From an uncultured Chloroflexia bacterium (GTDB taxonomy: Bacteria > Chloroflexota > Limnocylindria > Limnocylindrales > CSP1-4), in contig OY970218.1 of assembly GCA_963713975.1 (NCBI GenBank), forward strand, positions 1,504,001-1,568,000: a DNA stretch of 64,000 bases. Direction: 5' to 3'. Below, piece after piece: positions 49,134-58,422 of the stretch. The position numbers and the translations under genes were made by a program. The number at the start of each line of letters is the position of its first letter. The first letter of the stretch is position 1. The notes beneath the pieces were generated by a model. The model worked only from the letters and a program-made list of their open reading frames with translations, was not told the DNA's origin and made no database searches.

Positions 49134-50402
49134 TCATCGAACCTGCTCGCCGTGGTACGCCGCGTCCAGCACCTCGATCGGGTGCCTGACGATGATGGGC
49201 GCTCCGATGTCACCGAGGCCCGCCTGGATCTGCATCGCGCAACCCGGATTCCCAGCCAGCACGGCGCCACAGCCGGTGGCCGCGACATTGGCGGCCTTCT
49301 CACGCATGAGCGCATCCGCGGTAGCCGGCTCGAACACGTTGTACAGGCCCGCCGACCCGCAACACCGGGCACCCTCGACAATCTCGACCAGGGCAAGCCC
49401 GGGAACGGCCGCCATCACGGCGCGAGCCGCTCCGGCCACGCGCTGGGCGTTCAGCAGGTGGCAAGGATCGTGGTATGCGGCCGCCGCGAGGGGGCGTCCC
49501 TCCGGGGGCTCCCATCCCTGCTCCTCGAGGAACTCGAACACATCCCGAACCTTGCTCGCGACGGCGTCCGCTCCGTCGAAGCCCGCATACTCCTTCATGT
49601 GGGCGCTGCACCCTGCTGCGTTGACCACGATCCAGTCCACGCCCGCGTCGCGCATGACGGCGACGAGGCTCCTTGCCATCCCGTGGGCGGCATCGAGCGA
49701 GCCGTAGTGTGCGGTGAGTGCGCCGCAGCATCCCTGCCGTGGGACGAGGACGCGCCAGCCGTTCCGGTTGAGGACGCGGATCGTCGCCTCGTTGACCGAG
49801 CGGAACCAGCGGTCCTGGATGCACCCTGAGAGCATGGCGACGGTTCCCCGGATCGGGCCGTCGGGCTCGGAGATGCGCGGTAGCGGCTGCGCCAGGTCAC
49901 GAAGACGGATCCGCGGGACCAGACGCTTGAGCCGGCGGGGAAGCAGCGGCCGAACGACAGGCAGCGTGGCGGATGCGGCGGTGATCATCCACGGTCGTCC
50001 GAGCGCGATGTCGACGCCCAGCTTCCGCGCGATCCGCCACGACAAGCTCCGGCCGCCGCGCGCCTGGTGCCGCGCCGCATCAAGCATTCGCCCGTAGGGC
50101 ACGAGCGAGGGGCAGGCTGTCTCGCATGCTCGACAGCCGAGGCACTCGTCCATCAGCTGCGCGAACCGGGCGTCCACCGGCCGGAAACCCTCGTCCACGG
50201 CGCGCATCGCTGCGATCCGGCCACGGGGCGATGAGGTCTCGTCGCCCGTGAGCCGGAACGTCGGGCAGTGCGGCAGGCAGAGCCCGCAGCCGACGCAGAG
50301 GGCGATGTCGCCCGGATCGGGTGCATGGCCCAGATGCCACGCCGGGAGCGAACCATGTTCCCGTCCGATGAAGCGGACGCCGTCGGGAAGAGCGTTGCTC
50401 AT
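49134..50402 (-). CDS. glcF: glycolate oxidase Fe-S subunit
   Basis: CVGCGLCLPHCPT, CLGCRACETACPS and two CCG domains. Confidence 0.88.
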   Translation of the reverse strand: MSNALPDGVRFIGREHGSLPAWHLGHAPDPGDIALCVGCGLCLPHCPTFRLTGDETSSPRGRIAAMRAVDEGFRPVDARFAQLMDECLGCRACETACPSLVPYGRMLDAARHQARGGRSLSWRIARKLGVDIALGRPWMITAASATLPVVRPLLPRRLKRLVPRIRLRDLAQPLPRISEPDGPIRGTVAMLSGCIQDRWFRSVNEATIRVLNRNGWRVLVPRQGCCGALTAHYGSLDAAHGMARSLVAVMRDAGVDWIVVNAAGCSAHMKEYAGFDGADAVASKVRDVFEFLEEQGWEPPEGRPLAAAAYHDPCHLLNAQRVAGAARAVMAAVPGLALVEIVEGARCCGSAGLYNVFEPATADALMREKAANVAATGCGAVLAGNPGCAMQIQAGLGDIGAPIIVRHPIEVLDAAYHGEQVR

Positions 50403-51490
50403 CTGGCGATCCAGCGGGCGAGGTGCGGAAACGTGCCCTCGGGGTCGAAGGCTGCCTTGATGCCCTCGGCGATGCCCGTGTCGTCGCTTGCGGGCGCGGA
50501 CTCGTGCCAGGCGGGCCATCCCGGCTGCGAGATCAGTGTGGCGTGCCCACCGGTCTCCATCGCTGCCCTGCATCCGGCGCCGAGGTCCGACACGCTGTCG
50601 CCGCCGATCCACAGCAGCCCGGTCGAGAGCAGCGCCGCCCAGCGCGGGCCGCCGAACCGGGCGACGCACACCTCGATGGCGGATGGCCGGACGGTTAGCA
50701 TCGCTGCGGCCGGCCATTCAGTCCACGGGCGCCGCTTCGGGAAGGCCCCTGGGGCGTCGTCGATCTCGCCGCCGAGTCGTTCCGCGAGCATCGCCGCATC
50801 GGACGCCACGTCGTCCGGCCAGCCTTCCAGGAGGACCTCGAAGCGCGAGCTGTCCACGATCGCCGCGGTCAGCACACGCGCCCGTCGGGCGGCGACGGCC
50901 GCGGCACCGAGGTCGATTGTGCCGGCCCGGACCACCGCCCGCGCGCGCGGCCGTGGCCTAACTCGAAGGTGGGCCCTGGTGATCACACCCAGCGTTCCAC
51001 GGGACCCGACGAGCAGCCGCACGAGGTCGAGCCCGGTCGAGTTCTTGACGGTTCGACCCCCAACGCGGATCAGCCTGCCCCGGCCATCGACCAGCTCGAA
51101 CCCCAGGACGGAGTCGCGGAGCGGCCCGGTGGCGAAGCGGCGGACCGATGAGGCACCGCTCGCGATCGCTCCGCCGACCGTCGATCCGGGCGCCATGTCC
51201 GCGCACCATTCCTGGCCGTGCGTGGCGAGCGCCGCATCGAGCTCCTCTACCGTGAGCCCCACCTCGACCGTGGCCACCAGCTCGGCGGGATCGTAGGCGA
51301 CGACGCTGTGCAGGCGGGCGGCGAGGGAGACGCGCAGCGCGTTGCCCGGCTCGACTCCGCCGTGCGTGCCTCCGCCGACGGCAACGACCTGGATCCGATC
51401 GCGCGCCGCGTCCCGGACCAGGGATGCGAGGTCCGCGACCGATGCCGGCTGCACGACGCGACCCGCTTCCTGCGCCGCCTGCGAGCTCAT
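50399..51490 (-). CDS. glcE: glycolate oxidase FAD subunit E
   Basis: STVGGAIASG, GGRTVKNSTGLDL..L.GSRGTLG and KAAFDP; lies between glcD and glcF. Confidence 0.82.
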   Translation of the reverse strand: MSSQAAQEAGRVVQPASVADLASLVRDAARDRIQVVAVGGGTHGGVEPGNALRVSLAARLHSVVAYDPAELVATVEVGLTVEELDAALATHGQEWCADMAPGSTVGGAIASGASSVRRFATGPLRDSVLGFELVDGRGRLIRVGGRTVKNSTGLDLVRLLVGSRGTLGVITRAHLRVRPRPRARAVVRAGTIDLGAAAVAARRARVLTAAIVDSSRFEVLLEGWPDDVASDAAMLAERLGGEIDDAPGAFPKRRPWTEWPAAAMLTVRPSAIEVCVARFGGPRWAALLSTGLLWIGGDSVSDLGAGCRAAMETGGHATLISQPGWPAWHESAPASDDTGIAEGIKAAFDPEGTFPHLARWIAR

Positions 51491-52938
51491 CCGGCGCCCG
51501 CCACGGCCGTTGCCGCGAGGTCGGGAAGGACCTTGCCGGGGTTCAGGAGTCCAAAGGGATCGAACGCCTGCCGGACCGCATGCTGGAGCTCCAGCTCGTC
51601 GCGGTTCAGCATCAGCCCCATCAGGTCCCGCTTCTCGAGCCCGATGCCGTGCTCGCCTGAGAGCACGCCGCCGAGACCGACGCAGGTCACGGCGATGGCT
51701 TCCGCGGCGGCGAGCACGCGCTCCAGGCTTCCAGTCTCGCGCCGGTCGAACATGATGAACGGGTGGAGATTGCCGTCGCCCGCGTGGAACACGTTGACGA
51801 TGGTGAGCCCCTGCTCCTCGGCGATGCGGCGGGTCGCGATCACGGCATCGAGGAGCCTGGTTCGAGGCACGGCGCAGTCGTATTGGTAGAAGTCGGGCGC
51901 GATGCGCGTGATGGCGCCCTGGGCCGACTTGCGTCCCTTCCACAGACTCGCCCGCTGCTCCGGGTCCTCAGCGACCGTGACGCCGAACGCGCCGTGATGG
52001 GCCATCAACTCGAGGACCATCGCGGTCTGCTCTGCCACGGCGCCCGCGGGTCCATCGAGCTCGGTGAGCACGACCGCCTCGGCGTCGAGCGGGTAGCCCG
52101 CGTGCGCGAACGCCTCGATCACCTGCACGATCGGCCGGTCCATCATCTCAACCGCGCTGGCCGACACTCCCGAAGCCACGATGTCCGAGACGCAGGCGGC
52201 GGCACTCTCGATCGACGGGAAGCCGGCAAGGGTGACCCGGACACCGGACGGCACCGGGGTCAGGGCGACGCACGCCGACGTGACGATGCCCAGCGTTCCC
52301 TCGGACCCCGCCATCAGGGATCGCAGGTCGTACCCGGCAGGGTCGGCGACCTCCGTCCCGAGGCGCACGACCTCGCCGCCTGCCAGGACGACGTCGACAG
52401 CGCGCACGTGGTTGCGGGTCACGCCCCAGAGCAGGCAGCGCGGCCCTCCGGCGTTCGTTGCGACGTTCCCGCCCACCGTGGAGCAGGCCTCGGACGCGGG
52501 GTCGGGAGCGAACGTCAGCCCGAGCGGCGCAAGCTGCTGCTTGAGGTCGAGATTGAGCACTCCAGCCTCGACCCAGGCGACGCGGTCTTCGACGCTGACG
52601 CTCCTGACCGCTCGCAGCCGCGTCGTGGCGACGACGATCGCGTCGCCGAGGGGAGTGGCACCGCCCGCCAGTCCCGATCCGGCTCCACGGGGGACGATGG
52701 GCAGGCCGTGCCAGCGCGCCACGTTCACGCAGGCCGCCACCTCGGACGTGGTCGCGGGCAGCGCGACCATGCCGCAGGTGCCCTGGATCATCGAGGCGTC
52801 GCGGGCGTAGAGGCGCAGGGACAGAGGATCGGTGAGGATCGCGGATGGTCCGAGGATGGCCTCGAGCTCGCGGGCGGCCCGGGCGACGACCCCGACCGCG
52901 CCGGCCCTGACGCCGATCCGGGACAGCCGGCTCTTCAT
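51487..52938 (-). CDS. glcD: glycolate oxidase FAD subunit D
   Basis: PRGAGSGLAGG, APDPAS, GSEGTLG, HAGDGNLHP, GEHGIG.EK and LNPGK. Confidence 0.9.
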   Translation of the reverse strand: MKSRLSRIGVRAGAVGVVARAARELEAILGPSAILTDPLSLRLYARDASMIQGTCGMVALPATTSEVAACVNVARWHGLPIVPRGAGSGLAGGATPLGDAIVVATTRLRAVRSVSVEDRVAWVEAGVLNLDLKQQLAPLGLTFAPDPASEACSTVGGNVATNAGGPRCLLWGVTRNHVRAVDVVLAGGEVVRLGTEVADPAGYDLRSLMAGSEGTLGIVTSACVALTPVPSGVRVTLAGFPSIESAAACVSDIVASGVSASAVEMMDRPIVQVIEAFAHAGYPLDAEAVVLTELDGPAGAVAEQTAMVLELMAHHGAFGVTVAEDPEQRASLWKGRKSAQGAITRIAPDFYQYDCAVPRTRLLDAVIATRRIAEEQGLTIVNVFHAGDGNLHPFIMFDRRETGSLERVLAAAEAIAVTCVGLGGVLSGEHGIGLEKRDLMGLMLNRDELELQHAVRQAFDPFGLLNPGKVLPDLAATAVAGAG

Positions 52939-52963
52939 GACGCCTGGAGCGGCCCCTCTGCCC

Positions 52964-54028
52964 TCATCGCTGGGTCGGTTCGGGCGGAGCGGCGCCGCCG
53001 GCATCGGCCAGCTCCAGCGCCACGTCCACGATCATGTCCTCCTGGCCACCGACGATCTTCCGCCGCCCGAGCTCCAGGAGGATCGCCCTCGGATCGACAC
53101 CGAATCGGATGCCAGCTCGTTCCGCGTGCAGCAGGAACGAGCTGTACACCCCCGCATAGCCCAGCGACAGGGCGCTCCTGTCGATGATCTGCGGTCGGCG
53201 CATGATCGGAGCGACGACGTCTTCCGCGACGTCCATGATCAGCAGCGGGTCGATCCCTGTCGGGTAGCCGGATCGATCGCTCACAACGACGAGCGCCTCG
53301 GTCGGACAGTTGCCGCCGCCGGCACCCATGCCCCGACTGCAGCCGTCGACCTGCTCGGCCCCCTCCTCGAGCGCCGCGAGCGAGTTGGCCACGGCGAGTG
53401 TCAGGTTGTTGTGCGCGTGGATGCCCACCTGGGTGGCCGGCAGGAGGCCGTTCCTCAGGGACGCGACCCGCGCCCTGGCATCCTCGGGCGTCATGGCCCC
53501 CGCGGAGTCGACGACGTAGACGCAGGTGGCTCCGGCGTCCTCCATGATCCGCGCCTGGGCGAGGAGTCCCTCCGGCGTCACCATGTGGGCCATCATCAGG
53601 AAGCCGACCGCCTCCATCTCGAGGTCGCGTGCCATCCGGATGTGCTGGATGGCCACGTCGGCCTCTGTGCAGTGGGTGGCGATGCGGGCGACGGTCGCCC
53701 CCAGTGCGCGCACCTCCTGGAGGTCATCGGCGACACCGATGCCCGGCAGCAGCAGGACGGCGATCTTCGCTCGCTCGACCACCGCCACGGCGGCCTCGAT
53801 GAGGACCCGCTCCGAGGCGGCCGAGAAGCCGTAGTTGAACGAGGAGCCGCCCAGGCCGTCGCCGTGGGATACCTCGATCACGGGAACTCCGGCCCGGTCG
53901 AGCGAGGACGCGATCGACGACACCATCTCCGGGGTGAATTGGTGCGCCAGCGCATGCGAGCCGTCGCGCAGCGTGGAGTCCGTCAGCCGGAACTTGGGCA
54001 CAGGGTCGGCGCCGCGGTCAGCCGACAT
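52964..54028 (-). CDS. dmpG: 4-hydroxy-2-oxovalerate aldolase
   Basis: [40 protein letters not shown] and GGQEDMI. Confidence 0.95.
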   Translation of the reverse strand: MSADRGADPVPKFRLTDSTLRDGSHALAHQFTPEMVSSIASSLDRAGVPVIEVSHGDGLGGSSFNYGFSAASERVLIEAAVAVVERAKIAVLLLPGIGVADDLQEVRALGATVARIATHCTEADVAIQHIRMARDLEMEAVGFLMMAHMVTPEGLLAQARIMEDAGATCVYVVDSAGAMTPEDARARVASLRNGLLPATQVGIHAHNNLTLAVANSLAALEEGAEQVDGCSRGMGAGGGNCPTEALVVVSDRSGYPTGIDPLLIMDVAEDVVAPIMRRPQIIDRSALSLGYAGVYSSFLLHAERAGIRFGVDPRAILLELGRRKIVGGQEDMIVDVALELADAGGAAPPEPTQR

Positions 54029-54962
54029 GGTTCATCTCCTCCGGCTGCCAGCCGTGGCGCGCCTGAGCGACCGCCTCGGCCACCCGCACGGCGGCGGCCG
54101 TCATGATGTCGAGGTTGCCTGCGTAGGCTGGCAGGAAGTCGGCGCTGCCGGTGACCTCGAGCAGGACTGTGACCTTGCGCGCGGCCGGGCCGCCCGGGGT
54201 CACGAAGGGACCGTTGTCGAAGACCGGGGGGGCCTTGAGCCGGTAGCCTGGGACGTAGCCCGCCACCTCCTCGACCATTCCCTCGATGGCCTTCGCGACC
54301 GCGTCCGTGTCGGCGTCCTCCGGGATGCCGCAGTACACCGTGTTGCGCATGAGGACGGGCGGCTCGGCCGGGTTCAGGATGATGATCGCCTTGCCCGCGG
54401 TCGCCCCGCCGATCGCCTCGATCCCGGAAGCGGTCGTCCTGGTGAACTCGTCGATGTTCTGGCGGGTGCCGGGACCGGCCGACCGGGAGGCGATCGACGA
54501 GATGATCTCCGCGTACGGGACGGCGCAGACCCGGGAAACGGCAGCGACGATCGGGATGGTCGCCTGGCCCCCGCAGGTGATCATGTTCAGGTTGGGGGCT
54601 CCAAGGTGGCTGTCCAAGTTGACGACCGGGACGACCGCCGGGCCAACGGCGGCGGGCGTGAGGTCGATCGCCGTCAGGCCCGCAGCTGCATAGCGCGGCG
54701 CGTTGGACCGGTGCACCGAGGCGCTGGTGGCTTCGAGCACGATCTCGATCCCCAGCTCGGCCCCGTGGTCGAGGAGCCAGTTGACGCCCTCATGGCTGGT
54801 GGCGATGCCCCATTGCCGGGCCTTGGCGAGGCCCACGGAGTTCGGGTCGACGCCGACAATGACCGCCGGGACCAGGGTATCGGAGCGCAGCAGTTTCCGT
54901 GCGAGATCGCTCCCGATGTTCCCCGAACCGACGATCGCTACCGGGATCCTCCGATCCGGCAT
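54018..54962 (-). CDS. dmpF: acetaldehyde dehydrogenase (acylating)
   Basis: [36 protein letters not shown] and YAGNLDIMT. Confidence 0.95.
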   Translation of the reverse strand: MPDRRIPVAIVGSGNIGSDLARKLLRSDTLVPAVIVGVDPNSVGLAKARQWGIATSHEGVNWLLDHGAELGIEIVLEATSASVHRSNAPRYAAAGLTAIDLTPAAVGPAVVPVVNLDSHLGAPNLNMITCGGQATIPIVAAVSRVCAVPYAEIISSIASRSAGPGTRQNIDEFTRTTASGIEAIGGATAGKAIIILNPAEPPVLMRNTVYCGIPEDADTDAVAKAIEGMVEEVAGYVPGYRLKAPPVFDNGPFVTPGGPAARKVTVLLEVTGSADFLPAYAGNLDIMTAAAVRVAEAVAQARHGWQPEEMNHVG

Positions 54963-55171
54963 CTGGCCTCCGCCTCGTTGCTCCATGATGTTGTCCTTCC
55001 AGCGCCAGAGGGCGTCGCGGGCGAGCCTGACAGGTTCCAGGGCGGGCGGGATCGAGATATGAAATACGATCTACCAGATCACGAGGCTCTGTCAACTCAC
55101 CTTCAGCACATCGTCATGGACATGGTCACCTTCGCCTGCGGGCCGTGCGGAGCGGCCGCTGGGACGGAGGA

Positions 55172-55300
55172 ATGAGCGATATCAGACGGGCCGTCCTGAC
55201 GCGGCACATCAACCCGGTCGGCGGCCAAGAGTCGGCTGTCCCGGCAGTGGAAGAGATGCCCGTCGAAGCGGCAGGTCAAGGTGCCGTTCGCGCCACGCCG
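55172..55300 (+). pseudogene. possible 5' remnant of an MDR (Zn-alcohol dehydrogenase/quinone reductase) gene
   Basis: GGAGGA-ATG, then RAVL...VEEMPVEAAGQGAVR resembling an MDR N-terminus; similarity is lost afterwards. Confidence 0.35.
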
Positions 55301-55489
55301 GCTCGAGCGTCGCCTGGTCACTGCTCATTGGCTGGCTGCCGATCGCCCGACGATGTCGGCACTGGTGGTCATCGTCGCTGTTTGTCCGTCAGGCCTGCCC
55401 GATCCGGCTCCCTGCCCAGCAGCTCGCGGGTGCCGAAGGACACTACAGGAATCACAGTAACTTACTTGGCTTCCTGTTAGACTCCGGGC

Positions 55490-56932
55490 ATGAGCGAGCC
55501 CTACCTGTTCCCGAGCATCGACGCCTTCAGGGACCGCCGGGAGGAGCTTGCGACGATCGGCGACTGGTTCGACGACGACGCCGAGTGGCGTGCCATGACC
55601 CTCTACGGCAGACGCCGCGTCGGCAAGTCCTGGCTGTTCCGCGCCTTTGCTCACGGCCGGGATGCGGACATCTTCGTGGCCAGCACCCGGGGCCTCGCGG
55701 ACCAGCTCGCCGGGTTCTCCGAGACGCTCGGACGCGATGGCGAGCGTCCCGCCCTGCCCGATCTCGAGGCCTTCTTCCGGCTCCTCTACCGCCGGGCACG
55801 CGACTCGCGACGCCTGGTCGTGATCGATGAGCTGCCCTACCTCTGGACGGCCGAACGGGACCTGCCGTCCATCCTGCTCAAGGTGATGGAGGAGGAAGCG
55901 CCGTCCTCCCGCCTGAAGCTGCTCATCGCGGGCAGCCACGTTGGCATGATGGAGCGCCTGCTCGCCGAGCGGGAGGCCCTGCACGACCGGCTTCGGCCGC
56001 TCCGCATCCGCGCGCTCGATTTCTGGCACGCCGTGGAGATCCTCGGGGACGGCGACCCGGAGCAGCTCCTTACCGCCTACTCCATTGCCGGTGGGATGCC
56101 TCGCTACCTCGCCGAGGTCGCGGGCGCCCCGGACCCCGTCGCGCGGCTGGCGGCGCTGTGCCTCGACCCGCACGGCCCGCTGTTCGACGAGCCCCGCTCG
56201 ATCCTCGCCCAGGAGCTCGACGTCCCGCACACCTACTTCTCCCTGCTGTCGGTGCTCGCGTCGGGCCCGAAGTCGTGGGGCGACCTGTCCTCGCAATCGA
56301 AGGTCGAGTCCGATCGCCTGGGCCGCTACCTGCGGACCCTCGAGAACCTGGGCATCGTGACCCAGAAGGCGCCAGTCACCGATCCCGCGCGGGTGGGACG
56401 CAATCGCCTCTACGAGATCAGCGACGGGTTCCTGCGCTTCTGGTTCCGGTTCGTCTTCCCGTTCCAGGCCGATCTCGAGGCGGGCCTCGCCCCCGCCACG
56501 GTGCTCGAGACCGAGATCCTGCCCGAGCTTGCCGACCATATCGCGCCCGCGGTCGAGGAAGTGGCGCGAGACTGGGTCCGGCGAACCGGCGTGGGCGGCG
56601 CGACGAGGGTCGGGTCCTGGTGGGGTCCTGCGCTCAACGAGTTCCGGGCCACCAACGAACGAACGAGCGAGGAGATCGACATCGTCGGGATCGCACGCAA
56701 CCGTGTGACGGTGGTGGGCGAGGTCAGGTGGCGGAGTCGTCCGATGGACGTCGGCATCCTGGGCGACATCGACCGCTTCAAGCTGCCGGCGCTGCGCAAG
56801 GCAACGAACGTCGCCGCGCACCCGCAGATCGTGCTCGTGAGCCGGTCGGGGTTCACGCCGGCGCTGCACGAGGCGGCCGACCGGGAGCCTCGCATCCGAC
56901 TCGTGGAGATCGCGCAACTGGTCAACGCCTGA
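55490..56932 (+). CDS. archaeal-type AAA ATPase + wHTH + DUF234/PD-(D/E)xK-like domain
   Basis: YGRRRVGKS, VIDELPY, GGMPRYL, D.FLRFWFRFV and WW...EIDIV...GEVRW. Confidence 0.88.
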   Translation: MSEPYLFPSIDAFRDRREELATIGDWFDDDAEWRAMTLYGRRRVGKSWLFRAFAHGRDADIFVASTRGLADQLAGFSETLGRDGERPALPDLEAFFRLLYRRARDSRRLVVIDELPYLWTAERDLPSILLKVMEEEAPSSRLKLLIAGSHVGMMERLLAEREALHDRLRPLRIRALDFWHAVEILGDGDPEQLLTAYSIAGGMPRYLAEVAGAPDPVARLAALCLDPHGPLFDEPRSILAQELDVPHTYFSLLSVLASGPKSWGDLSSQSKVESDRLGRYLRTLENLGIVTQKAPVTDPARVGRNRLYEISDGFLRFWFRFVFPFQADLEAGLAPATVLETEILPELADHIAPAVEEVARDWVRRTGVGGATRVGSWWGPALNEFRATNERTSEEIDIVGIARNRVTVVGEVRWRSRPMDVGILGDIDRFKLPALRKATNVAAHPQIVLVSRSGFTPALHEAADREPRIRLVEIAQLVNA

Positions 56933-56968
56933 CCGCCGCCGGGTTGACCATGGGTCTAGGATCGACCG

Positions 56969-58315
56969 ATGGCAGCCAGCGTCCCGCCTGCGCCTGACCC
57001 CGCGCCCCACGACGGATCCGCGCGGCTCACCGGAGCGCAGATCAGCGCGATCAATCGCTTCCCGGACGACAACCCGAACCCGGTGCTGCGCGTCGACGGC
57101 GATGGCCACCTGACCTACGCGAACCCCGCCAGCGCGGGCGTGCTCGAGGCCCTTGGCATTGCCGTGGGCGAGCGGTTGCCCGCCGACGAGCTCGCCCGCA
57201 TGGAGACGGCGGCGTCGTCACGGGGCTTCATCGAGCTCACCAGGGACGGCCGCACCTTTGCGATCTGGCCGGTCCCGATCCCGGACATGGGCTTCACGAA
57301 CCTCTACGGCCAGGACGTCACCGCCGAGCGGGCGATCGTCAAGTTCCCCGACGAGAACCCGAACCCGGTGATGCGGATCGACTGGGACGGCCGGCTCACG
57401 TATGCCAACCTGGCGAGCGCGACGCTCGTGGACGGGCTGGGGCTCAGGCTCGGGTTGCTCCTGACGCCGCACCTGCGGGACGCGATCCTGGACCAGGCGC
57501 GAGCGGGCCATCGCACCACGGTCGAAGTCGAAGCCGCCGGCTCCACCTACAGGCTGCTTCCGGTCGAGGTGCCCGCTTTCGGGTTCATCAACGTCTACGG
57601 CACCGACGTGACCGCCGAGAAGGAGCAACAGCGGCTCGCCCGAGAGAACGAGCGGCTGCTGCTCAACATCCTGCCCGAGCCCATCGCCCGGCGGCTGCGC
57701 GACGGCGAGCCCCTCATCGCGGACCGGTTCGACGACGTCACGCTGCTGTTCGCTGACATCGTGGAGTTCACACGTCTCTCGTCCACGCTCACCCCGTCCG
57801 AGCTCGTCGGCGTCCTCAACGAGGTGTTCTCGGTCTTCGACGGTCTGGTCGAGCGGTACGGGCTGGAGAAGGTGAAGACCATCGGTGACGCCTACATGGT
57901 GGTGGGCGGGATGCCCGAGCGCTCGGACGACCACACGGTCCGGGTGGTCGCGATGGCGCTTGACCTGGCCGAGTGCGTGGGTGGGATCGACGCCGCCCGC
58001 CGCCTCGGAATCGCGTTCAGGATCGGGATCCACTGCGGGCCGGTGGTCGCCGGGGTCATCGGCACCAAGAAGTTTATCTACGACGTCTGGGGCGACACGG
58101 TGAACCTGGCGAGCCGGATGGAATCGCTTGGGAGCCCCGGCCGCGTCCAGGTGACGCGTGCGGTCAAGGAGCGCCTCGACGGCGTCTTCGATTGCGAGGC
58201 GCGCGGGCTCATCGACGTCAAGGGCAAGGGACCCACGCCCGCCTGGTTCGTCATGGGCAGGACGGAGCCCGGCAGGGCACCAGCCGAGCATGGCGGGCTG
58301 GCCACGAGTCGGTAG
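56969..58315 (+). CDS. class III adenylate cyclase with two PAS-like domains
   Basis: FPD.NPNPV twice, LLLNILP, FADIVEFT, KVKTIGDAYM and YDVWGDTVNLASRMES (K/D pair indicates ATP specificity). Confidence 0.93.
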   Translation: MAASVPPAPDPAPHDGSARLTGAQISAINRFPDDNPNPVLRVDGDGHLTYANPASAGVLEALGIAVGERLPADELARMETAASSRGFIELTRDGRTFAIWPVPIPDMGFTNLYGQDVTAERAIVKFPDENPNPVMRIDWDGRLTYANLASATLVDGLGLRLGLLLTPHLRDAILDQARAGHRTTVEVEAAGSTYRLLPVEVPAFGFINVYGTDVTAEKEQQRLARENERLLLNILPEPIARRLRDGEPLIADRFDDVTLLFADIVEFTRLSSTLTPSELVGVLNEVFSVFDGLVERYGLEKVKTIGDAYMVVGGMPERSDDHTVRVVAMALDLAECVGGIDAARRLGIAFRIGIHCGPVVAGVIGTKKFIYDVWGDTVNLASRMESLGSPGRVQVTRAVKERLDGVFDCEARGLIDVKGKGPTPAWFVMGRTEPGRAPAEHGGLATSR

Positions 58316-58422
58316 GGGCGAACCCCGACGGAGCCGCGGCGGGTCGCCGCCTACAATCCTCGCGTCCGTACCAAGCCGGCTCCGCGGAGTCGGAGCCGTC
58401 CGGACCAGACACGAGGCATCGC

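Noticed and set aside
15027-55489. Active mobile element/ICE
   Set aside because: No integrase, transposase, relaxase or convincing 3'-tRNA att duplication was seen.
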